DNA of 64,000 nucleotides from a virus (Duplodnaviria; Caudoviricetes): IMG/VR virus record IMGVR_UViG_3300044541_000063, positions 1 to 64,000 of that record; one strand, 5' to 3'. Shown piece by piece: positions 44,311 to 52,066 of this stretch (position 1 is its first letter; each line of letters starts with the position of its first letter). The notes under the pieces were generated by a model. It saw only the letters and a program-made list of their open reading frames with translations, ran no database searches and was not told where the DNA came from. The position numbers and the translations under genes were made by a program.

Positions 44311-46712
44311 GTGTTCGTCGCACCAAGGTCAACGGCGAGAGCGTTCTGCTGGCGCAGGTCAGTCCGACTCTGTGGAAGGTCGTGTATCCAGACGGCCGCG
44401 CGGTGTTTCTGGTTCCTGAGGCGGAGGCGAACGATGGCATCAGCTGGCACGAGGAGGATCACCCGCGAGGCGAGGGCGGCAAGTTCGCCACCGTCGGGCA
44501 CGAGTCTCTTACTGGGCAGGAGCAGCAGAGTATCTACTACTACGCGCGACAGGCGTATCACGGACTGAACCGCAATCTTCGCCTCGGTCTGGGACTCAGC
44601 GAGCAGCAGGAAATTTGGAAGCGCGACCTCGACTCGGCGCTGGAGAAGTCGACGCTTGCGCAGGACATGACGGTCTATCGTGGCTTCGGCAACATGAAGC
44701 TCATCCGCGACATGAAGGAGGGAGACGTTCTCCGCAACGCCGCGTACACGTCGACTGCTCCAGACGCGAGGACCGCAACCTCGTTCAAGGACTTCAGCGA
44801 GGGTCTCCTGGAGATCTCGCTGCCGGCCGGCACCAGGGCGCTCGACGTGCATCGGGTCTCGAGCATGGAGCCGGAGATTCTGCTTCCTCGCGACACTTCG
44901 CTGAGGTACGTGGGCAGAGGTGAGCCGGCCGGTGTTGGCAGCGCGCCTGCGCGCACGTATAAGTTTGAGCTCGTGGCCAGCAGCGTCAGGGACTGGAGTC
45001 CCTTCCAGCCTCGCGTGCCGAAGGGTCAGTCTGGCGGCGGGCAGTGGTCCGGGGAGAACCTGACCAAGGCCGAGAGGGCCGAGGTGCGATACTACACTGG
45101 CGACGGGTTCGAGCACGTCAACTCGACGCTGCGGCAGGGCGAGGCCGGCATGCTCGACCGACTGCATCTGCTGGACAGCGCCGTGGCCAAGTCGGTCATA
45201 GACAAGAGCATCACGACGTATCGCGGCGTCAACAGCGCCGAGTTCACCGAGAAGCTCGACTCGCTGCAGCCGGGCGAGACCATCACCGACAGGGCGTTCA
45301 CGTCTACGTCGGGCAGCTTTCTGTCGGCGGCCATGTACGGTGGAGTAGGATCCCCGACCATGGAGATCAGGATTCCGTCTGGCAGCAGCGTGCTCTACGC
45401 CGAGAGCATGAGCGCCAACTCCGGAATAGGCGAGGAGGAGTACCTTCTGCCCCGCGACTCGACGTTCAGGTACGTCGGCTCGAGGACTGTGGGCGGCGGT
45501 GCCGGCGCCTCGAAGGGAAGCAAGGTCTACACGTTCGACCTAGTGCCGCGCGTTGTCAAGGACTACGACCCGAGCGAGCCGCGCGTACCGGCCGGGCAGC
45601 CGGGCGGCGGACAGTGGCAAGGCCAGAATCTGGGCGATGACGAGAAGAAGCAGGTTCGTTTCTACACGCGCAATGGATACACTCCGATTAATAAGTCCTT
45701 GCGCACTGGTACCGGGCCAGAATACCTGAAGGACGTCGTCGCGACGATAGACAGTGCCATCGCGAAGTCGGTGCTGTCGAGCGACACTGTCGTCTATCGT
45801 GGCGTTAACGCAGTGGGATTCGTTAGCGCTTTAGGTGCCCTCAAGCCGGGAGACACGATCACTGACTCAGCATACGTGTCGACTTCTGGTTCGTTGGCGT
45901 CCGCTGCGACGTTCGCAGGAACATACAACACGGTGATGGAGGTCAGGCTTCCGGCAGGCAGCAACGCACTCTATGTCGAGGAGTTCAGCGGAAGCAGTGG
46001 TCAGGAAGAAGATGAATATATTCTGCCGCGCGGCACTAAGTTTCAGTACGTTACCAGCAGGGTCACCAGGACGAAGAGGACTATCTACACGTTCGACCTC
46101 GTGCCGCGCGGCGCGGCCGACTGGAACCCATTCCAGCCGCGCGTTCCCGCGGGGCAGCACGGCGGCGGCGAGTGGACCGAGGGCACCAGCGGCACGGCAA
46201 CCGGATCTCTCGTCGGCGGCAATCCCAAGAAGGGCTTCGACCCGAAGCACGTCGACGCGCTCAAGCAGTACGCTGCCAGCATCTATCAGCCGGTGAACGA
46301 GGGTCTGCGCAACAAGACGAAGCTGCGGACCCAGGAGGAGCAGGTCGTTTTGGCACTCGACGAGGCGTTCGAGCGCAATCAGCGTACCACCGAGGTGATG
46401 CAGCTGTTTCGCGCGGCGGGCGAGGAGTTCGCGGCCTACGTGGACGCACTCAAGGTCGGCGACAACCTGATAGACGAGGGATTCGCGTCGACCACCACCG
46501 ACGAGAGACTGGCGCGCTCGTTCCTCAGCGGGCAGCCGGGCGAGAAGAAGGTGATGGTTGAGATCGTCCTTCCGAAGGACTCGAAGGCCATCGACACGTC
46601 GCCGTTCAATCCCTTCAAGGGAGAGAACGAGGTGCTGCTGCCGCGCAACACCACGTTCAAGTATCTCGGCATGGAGCGAGACGTGTATCGCTTCAGGGCC
46701 AATCCAAGGTAG
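44307..46712 (+). CDS. Polyprotein of four tandem R-S-E (VIP2/C3/Alt-like) ADP-ribosyltransferase domains
   Basis: VYRG/TST/EPE, TYRG/STS/EEE, VYRG/STS/EDE, LFRA/STT/ENE, each followed by (I/Y/V)(L/I)LPR; each domain preceded by a PR tag. Confidence 0.92.
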   Translation: MSVRRTKVNGESVLLAQVSPTLWKVVYPDGRAVFLVPEAEANDGISWHEEDHPRGEGGKFATVGHESLTGQEQQSIYYYARQAYHGLNRNLRLGLGLSEQQEIWKRDLDSALEKSTLAQDMTVYRGFGNMKLIRDMKEGDVLRNAAYTSTAPDARTATSFKDFSEGLLEISLPAGTRALDVHRVSSMEPEILLPRDTSLRYVGRGEPAGVGSAPARTYKFELVASSVRDWSPFQPRVPKGQSGGGQWSGENLTKAERAEVRYYTGDGFEHVNSTLRQGEAGMLDRLHLLDSAVAKSVIDKSITTYRGVNSAEFTEKLDSLQPGETITDRAFTSTSGSFLSAAMYGGVGSPTMEIRIPSGSSVLYAESMSANSGIGEEEYLLPRDSTFRYVGSRTVGGGAGASKGSKVYTFDLVPRVVKDYDPSEPRVPAGQPGGGQWQGQNLGDDEKKQVRFYTRNGYTPINKSLRTGTGPEYLKDVVATIDSAIAKSVLSSDTVVYRGVNAVGFVSALGALKPGDTITDSAYVSTSGSLASAATFAGTYNTVMEVRLPAGSNALYVEEFSGSSGQEEDEYILPRGTKFQYVTSRVTRTKRTIYTFDLVPRGAADWNPFQPRVPAGQHGGGEWTEGTSGTATGSLVGGNPKKGFDPKHVDALKQYAASIYQPVNEGLRNKTKLRTQEEQVVLALDEAFERNQRTTEVMQLFRAAGEEFAAYVDALKVGDNLIDEGFASTTTDERLARSFLSGQPGEKKVMVEIVLPKDSKAIDTSPFNPFKGENEVLLPRNTTFKYLGMERDVYRFRANPR

Positions 46713-46725
46713 AAGGAGGACCACC

Positions 46726-46884
46726 GTGGCGAAGAAAGTGAAGAAGCAGTCAGAAGAGGAGGCTCGTCGCCGATTCGGCGAGCGTATCACGGAGCAGACC
46801 GGCGAGGGTCTGATAATCGAGCGCCAGGACGGTACGCGCGAGCGCATCGGCAAGGGCGGCAAGCTCGAGAAGATCGAAGACTGA
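46726..46884 (+). CDS. Small charged hypothetical protein (52 aa)
   Basis: AAGGAGGA RBS before GTG. Confidence 0.6.
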   Translation: MAKKVKKQSEEEARRRFGERITEQTGEGLIIERQDGTRERIGKGGKLEKIED

Positions 46885-46885
46885 C

Positions 46886-47332
46886 ATGAGCATTCCGACC
46901 GCTCTGTCTCCCTCGCGCGGGTGGGAGCAGATGAAGGATTTCGCGTCGGCGATGAAGTCCGAGGCACTCGCCATGAAGGACGTCACGTTGACGGGAACAT
47001 GCACGTCGGCTCAGCTCATTGACTATCTGCAGCGGCTCGTCGCTTTCAAGGAGGTGTTCGTCGCGATCGGAAACGTGCCGGGCATCGCAGTCTACGCGCA
47101 AGAGCAGGTGAACAATCCGTCGTTCAACATCGCGACTGAGTTCACGACGATGCTGAACGCGGTCGACGGTGCGGGAGGCTGGCTCATCGCCAACTTCCCG
47201 AAGGACGGTAACGGGTTTCTGCTCGCGCAGACACTCGACGGCGCCGGACATCTCGTGCAGCGCACGTTCACCTCTGCCACGCTGCTGCCGTTTCGTACCA
47301 CGCTCGACACGCTGATCGCGACTGTCAGCTAG
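46886..47332 (+). CDS. Hypothetical virion-associated protein
   Basis: PGI..YAQ.Q..FN..EF..M pattern; structural region. Confidence 0.7.
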   Translation: MSIPTALSPSRGWEQMKDFASAMKSEALAMKDVTLTGTCTSAQLIDYLQRLVAFKEVFVAIGNVPGIAVYAQEQVNNPSFNIATEFTTMLNAVDGAGGWLIANFPKDGNGFLLAQTLDGAGHLVQRTFTSATLLPFRTTLDTLIATVS

Positions 47333-48009
47333 TGGCTGTCGCGTTTGACGCAGCGTCCAGCTCAAGCTCGCTTGCTCAACCTGCGAGCATAACGTGGTCG
47401 CACACGTGCACCGGGGCGAACGGGTACCTGCTCGCCATCATCGGCCTGACGTCTGGTACGCTCGGCAACGTCACGGCTTGCACCTACAACGGCGTCTCCA
47501 TGGGCACGGCCCTGTGGAACGCCACCGTCGGCGGGATTCGCTGCGTCGCGTTTGGCCTGAAGGCTCCCGCGACCGGCGCGCACAACATCGTGGCGACCAT
47601 CACGTCAGCCAACGACGGCGTGAGCGCCATGGGCGTCTCATTCACCGGCGTCGACCAGACCACTCCGACCGGCACTGCCAACACCGCGACGAACGGTTCG
47701 GCGTCTACGGCGACAGTCAACATCACGTCGGCGGCCGGCGAGCTGGTGGTCGACGGGCTCGCGGTCGGCGCCACCGGCACGGTCACGGTCGGCGCCGGGC
47801 AGACGCAGCGCAACAGCGTCGTCGTCGTTGGCGAGCACTCTGGAAAGTCGTCGGAGGAGGCGGGCGCGGCGTCCGTAACGATGTCGTGGTCGTGGGCGAC
47901 AGGCGCCGTCTCGTACGCGATGGGCGGTGTCTCGCTCAAGCCGGCCGCAGCTGGCGGTCAGGTTCCCTATCAGCCTCACTATCAGCTCGCTCCACTTCTA
48001 GCACACTGA
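47332..48009 (+). CDS. Thr/Ser/Gly/Ala-rich beta-strand structural protein (fibre/decoration candidate)
   Basis: Composition and TYNGVSM, SFTGVDQTTP patterns. Confidence 0.7.
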   Translation: MAVAFDAASSSSSLAQPASITWSHTCTGANGYLLAIIGLTSGTLGNVTACTYNGVSMGTALWNATVGGIRCVAFGLKAPATGAHNIVATITSANDGVSAMGVSFTGVDQTTPTGTANTATNGSASTATVNITSAAGELVVDGLAVGATGTVTVGAGQTQRNSVVVVGEHSGKSSEEAGAASVTMSWSWATGAVSYAMGGVSLKPAAAGGQVPYQPHYQLAPLLAH

Positions 48010-48016
48010 GGACTGC

Positions 48017-48337
48017 ATGTCGGACACTCTGGACCCTCGCCTGTTCCCGTTCATGCGTCGCCCCAAGGGCGAGCAGACCCACGAGACTGAGGCCTACGTC
48101 AGCATTCCTCCTGCTCTCATGATACAGGACGGGCAGGGCAACATGTGGACTCTGGGCTTCGACCAGGGCGGCTGGCGCACGGGCGAGTTCGAGTTCGACG
48201 TCGTCGTCGCGTCGCCGCCGGACTTGAAGCCGCGCAAGACCGGCGAGATGGCCTGTCGCATCGAGTATCGGCAAGGCAAGGTTCGCATCTACGGGTCCGA
48301 TAGGTGGCGAACGTGGAACGGACGGACCTTCGTTTGA
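48017..48337 (+). CDS. Hypothetical protein
   Basis: GAGGA RBS. Confidence 0.65.
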   Translation: MSDTLDPRLFPFMRRPKGEQTHETEAYVSIPPALMIQDGQGNMWTLGFDQGGWRTGEFEFDVVVASPPDLKPRKTGEMACRIEYRQGKVRIYGSDRWRTWNGRTFV

Positions 48338-48374
48338 AACTTCATCGCTCTACTGAAAGAAGGAGACTGAAACT

Positions 48375-48872
48375 ATGCGTGAGTTCGCCCTGTCTGCTGG
48401 AGGCGCGGCTGGTCTTACCGTTCTCGGTGCCACCACGCTCTTGTTTCTCAATCCGACCGCAGCCCCGAACCTGAACATCGAGTTCACTCGGTTCTGGATC
48501 GGTCAGGCTGCGAACGCCACCTCGGCGCAGCAGCGCGCTCAGCTCGAGACGCAGGTCACCGCGTTTCCGACGCTGGTGTCTGCGACGCCGGCCAAGCTCA
48601 AGCGCGCTGATCCCAACGCGTCCATCATCACGGGCGGCACGGCGGGCGCGGCTGGCACCAGCGGAGTCAACGCGTCTGCAGAGGGTGCCGGCGCCAAGAC
48701 CGCCATCTTCGACGACGTGTTCAACGTGCTGAACGGCTGGCTGCACGTGCCGACTCCTCCTGAGACCATCATCATGCCGGCCGGCTCAGCGTCTGGACTC
48801 GGTCTGTTTTTTCCGGCTGCACCGACCACGCTCACTGGATGGGCGTTCGGTACAATATTCCGGGAGGTCTAG
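48375..48872 (+). CDS. Hypothetical beta-rich structural protein
   Basis: AAGGAG RBS. Confidence 0.7.
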   Translation: MREFALSAGGAAGLTVLGATTLLFLNPTAAPNLNIEFTRFWIGQAANATSAQQRAQLETQVTAFPTLVSATPAKLKRADPNASIITGGTAGAAGTSGVNASAEGAGAKTAIFDDVFNVLNGWLHVPTPPETIIMPAGSASGLGLFFPAAPTTLTGWAFGTIFREV

Positions 48873-48878
48873 GAGTTC

Positions 48879-50552
48879 GTGGCCGGATCAGTCTACCGCG
48901 TACCGCCGCCGGTCTTCGTCGGCGGGCAGCAGCCCTATCAAGCAAGGGACCTGTCGCCCGCCTTCGAGGCGGTGCCTGTAGACGCGCCTCCAGTCAGGAG
49001 GGCGCAGCCGCCGTTTCACTCGTCGTGGTGGGCCGTCGCGCTGTCGCCTCAGCAGCGCTCGGACTCTGACATGTCGTCCGGGATACCGGGGCAGTCGGTT
49101 GACAATCCGCCAGCTGCTCGCTCGACCATTCCATCGTCGGCGTGGTGGCTGAGCACTCCAGCGCCGACGCAGCTACGAGATCTCTCGCCTGGAATTCCTG
49201 GCCAGTCGGTGGACAATCCACCGGCCGCGCGCTCTGCCGTGCCGCCCTCGGCGTGGTGGCTCACGGTACCAACGCCGACGCAGCTGCGCGACATGGCTCC
49301 GGGAATCCCGGGTCAGTCGGTAGACAATCCGCCCGGCCTGCAGGCGCGCACTCCTGCTCCGCAGCCGGTTCCGTTCTTCGACGTTCAGCGCCGCTATCTC
49401 GTGCAGGAGTTCGTCGCCGCTGCGGCGGACAGCACGCCCTTCGCGCGGGTCGTTGACAGTGTAATTCGCTCGTGGCAGCGCGAGCAGCCGCTTCCGACAC
49501 TGCCGAGACTGCTGAGTCCCTCCATCACCGCGGTGCCGGAGGACTCGCCGATTCCGATGCACGCCGGTCGCACGCCGCTGCAGGTGCAGCTCACGGCGTG
49601 GTTCGCGGGCGTGCTGCCGTACCGACCGGCTCAGTTCGTCACGCACACTGCGGCACCTCCTGGATGGTCGGTCGACGACCCTCCACGCTTCAGGGCGTTC
49701 GTCGTTCCGCCGCAGCCGCCGACTCCGCTTCAGGTGCAGTACCCGAAGCTGGTTCAGGAGAGCGTGGCTGCAGCTGCGGCCGATCAGTCGTACGCGCGCG
49801 AGACTCTGGCGCTGCGGTGGTGGGTGGTCCAGGCGGCTCCCCCGGTGCTGCCGCGCCTGCTCTCGCCCGGCGTGCCGGGGCAGTCCGCAGACGCGCCGCC
49901 TCCTGCGCGACTGCAGCAGCCGGCGGCCGTGCACTACGCCGCTCAGCCGCTCGCGCCAGTGCGGCAGCAGCTGTCGCCCGGCATACCGGGCCAGTCGGTG
50001 GACCCGCCGCCGTCCATAGTCTCGCGCATGCCCGCGCGCGCGTGGTACGACGGTCTGTATCCCGGCGCGCAGCGCCAGCCGGGGGCTGCGGCGCTTGCTC
50101 AGCAGGCGCAGGTGGACTTTGCGCCCGTGTCGCTGCGAGGTGCGGGCTGGAGCGTCGCTCACTGGTTCGCGCCGTACGTGGCGCCGCAGCGGCATCGGCC
50201 GCTGTTTCCTGCGGCTCTCGCGGTGCGGGTCGACGATCCGCCCTTCGACGCTCGGCGTCTGGGGCGGCTGGCCAGCATCATCGCGCGGGCGCAGATACCG
50301 ACGCCCGACAGGGTCTATCTGCGCTACGAGGTGCAGGAGGGACCGGCGTTTACTCTGCTGACGCTGGTCTGCGGCAGCATCACGATCAGCGCCTCGACGA
50401 ACGCACTCTTGTCGACCGCGCCAGCCGTGCTGGCTGCTACGTCTACGACACCAGTCGCTTCTGCCGCTCCCTCGTCCGCGCCGGCAACTTCGGCGGAGAC
50501 GTCGACCGAGCCGGCAGTGGGCGGCGAGCCAGGAATAGAGATCTGCGAGTGA
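48879..50552 (+). CDS. Pro/Ala/Gln-rich repeat protein
   Basis: AGGAG RBS before GTG; repeated SPGIPGQSVDNPP units. Confidence 0.75.
   Translation: MAGSVYRVPPPVFVGGQQPYQARDLSPAFEAVPVDAPPVRRAQPPFHSSWWAVALSPQQRSDSDMSSGIPGQSVDNPPAARSTIPSSAWWLSTPAPTQLRDLSPGIPGQSVDNPPAARSAVPPSAWWLTVPTPTQLRDMAPGIPGQSVDNPPGLQARTPAPQPVPFFDVQRRYLVQEFVAAAADSTPFARVVDSVIRSWQREQPLPTLPRLLSPSITAVPEDSPIPMHAGRTPLQVQLTAWFAGVLPYRPAQFVTHTAAPPGWSVDDPPRFRAFVVPPQPPTPLQVQYPKLVQESVAAAAADQSYARETLALRWWVVQAAPPVLPRLLSPGVPGQSADAPPPARLQQPAAVHYAAQPLAPVRQQLSPGIPGQSVDPPPSIVSRMPARAWYDGLYPGAQRQPGAAALAQQAQVDFAPVSLRGAGWSVAHWFAPYVAPQRHRPLFPAALAVRVDDPPFDARRLGRLASIIARAQIPTPDRVYLRYEVQEGPAFTLLTLVCGSITISASTNALLSTAPAVLAATSTTPVASAAPSSAPATSAETSTEPAVGGEPGIEICE
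49068..49334 (+). repeat. 111-bp (37-aa) tandem repeat, about 2.4 copies
   Basis: Units start at 49068, 49179 and 49290. Confidence 0.85.
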
Positions 50553-50561
50553 GGAGACTAG

Positions 50562-50870
50562 ATGCCCGTGTATCTCAGCAACACGAATCTGCTGCAGCTC
50601 AAGGACCTGAGCAAGGAGACCGACGGGTCGGCGATCGTCGGTGCCGCAGTGGCGGTGACCGTCAACACGAAGGCCGGCGCGCAGCTGGCGGGAGCGGCGT
50701 GGCCGCAGAACATGATAGACATCGGTGGCGGCGACTACGAACTGTCGCTGCCTCCCGCTCTCGCGTGGGTCGAGGGCGGCGAGTACGTCGCGGTGATAGA
50801 CGCGACGACGCCGGCCGGCATGGGGCACTGGGAGTATCACTTCAAGGCGCAGAGGCGAACCACCTCGTAG
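50562..50870 (+). CDS. Small Ig/beta-sandwich-like structural protein
   Basis: GAGGAG RBS; GA.V.VTV...G.YE.....GEY pattern. Confidence 0.65.
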   Translation: MPVYLSNTNLLQLKDLSKETDGSAIVGAAVAVTVNTKAGAQLAGAAWPQNMIDIGGGDYELSLPPALAWVEGGEYVAVIDATTPAGMGHWEYHFKAQRRTTS

Positions 50871-50884
50871 CGAAGGAGAGAGCA

Positions 50885-51106
50885 ATGGGAATGATCGAGA
50901 GAGTCATACGCGCGCTGCTGTATCTGTGCTGCATCGCGATCTGCTACTACCTGATCGTGTGGGTGCTGGGCGTGCTCGGAATTCACATTCCTCCGAACAT
51001 TCTCACTATTCTCATGGTGATGTTCGCGCTCATCGCCATTCTGGTTCTGGTGCGACTCTTCTACCCGTGGGCCTCTAGTCAGAACTGGTGGGGCGACAGG
51101 CCGTGA
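50885..51106 (+). CDS. Two-TM membrane protein
   Basis: AAGGAG RBS; two hydrophobic helices. Confidence 0.65.
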   Translation: MGMIERVIRALLYLCCIAICYYLIVWVLGVLGIHIPPNILTILMVMFALIAILVLVRLFYPWASSQNWWGDRP

Positions 51107-51570
51107 GCGAGCCGACCGCGTTCGCGCAGCACTCGACGCGTGATCTGAAGAACATGCTTCTCGGCGAGGTGTCGAACTTCGGCGAGAAGCCCGACGACGA
51201 GCTGCAGCGCGCGCTCGGTGTCGCCTACAAGATCGTCGGCGCGCGCGGGCGCGGTATCGAAGACCTAAGCCTCCTGCTGGCGCGCGCGGTGGTGCGCCTC
51301 AGCAGCGGCAAGGTGGAGGAGGTCGAGCAGGAGCGCCAGCGCGACGCCCTCCGCGTCGAGGGCGCGGTGCACGCCACCGCGCGCGAGGCTCAGCTGGCCG
51401 AGGCGCGCGAGAAGATCAGGACGATGATGCGCCAGCACGCGCACGTGTCGTCGGAGAGGGAGCAGGTCATCGAGCTGATGCTGGCCATGCTCTCTAACAA
51501 AGACCATCGCATCAGCGATCACCCCGAGTGGATCTTGGAGCTCGGGAGACTGTCGGGAGCCACAGAATGA
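51103..51570 (+). CDS. Coiled-coil hypothetical protein
   Basis: GTGA overlap. Confidence 0.6.
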   Translation: MSEPTAFAQHSTRDLKNMLLGEVSNFGEKPDDELQRALGVAYKIVGARGRGIEDLSLLLARAVVRLSSGKVEEVEQERQRDALRVEGAVHATAREAQLAEAREKIRTMMRQHAHVSSEREQVIELMLAMLSNKDHRISDHPEWILELGRLSGATE

Positions 51571-51968
51571 ACAGGCGCAACTTTCTGCTCAAGGGAATGG
51601 CGGCGCTGGCACTGCCGGCAATTGCCGAGCCGTTTCAGCCGTTGCTGCTAGACGGGACCGGAGACTACGCGACAGTAATCTGCGACGACAGGTATCTGTT
51701 CGGTGGTGACTGGACCCTCGACATGTGGATCAGAAGGCCGAGCGAAGAGAACACGGTGGTCTCAGACCTGACTCTTACGTTCGACCTTCCTGCCGGGAAG
51801 GTTCTTGACTGGGACAGCGTGCGCGTAGTCATTCAGAAGCACGAGAAGGAAGTTCCGGTCGACTCGGACTGGCATCACCTGTGTGCGCACGGCGGCCGCT
51901 TCTTCGTCGACGGAGTCGAGGAGCGTCCACTCGTGATAACGGACGAGAGCGTCGCAGAGACGGCGTGA
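51567..51968 (+). CDS. Tat-signal protein with LamG/ConA-like segments
   Basis: MNRRNFL..; LDGTGDY, GDWTLDMW, WHHL, FFVDGV. Confidence 0.6.
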   Translation: MNRRNFLLKGMAALALPAIAEPFQPLLLDGTGDYATVICDDRYLFGGDWTLDMWIRRPSEENTVVSDLTLTFDLPAGKVLDWDSVRVVIQKHEKEVPVDSDWHHLCAHGGRFFVDGVEERPLVITDESVAETA

Positions 51969-52066
51969 CGGCGGTGAGGTGGCTCGCAGGTCTCCTCAGG
52001 CGACTCTTCAGGCGCAAGCCCTCGTACGAGTGGATGCGCGACGACTATCCGTGGAGGTGACCAGAC

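Noticed and set aside
40363-46180. Repeated GACTACGACCCGAGCGAGCCGCGC-type DNA as a CRISPR array or DGR template/variable repeat
   Set aside because: Copies are in-frame coding, vary at synonymous positions and are spaced by hundreds to thousands of nt. No cas or reverse transcriptase gene is present.
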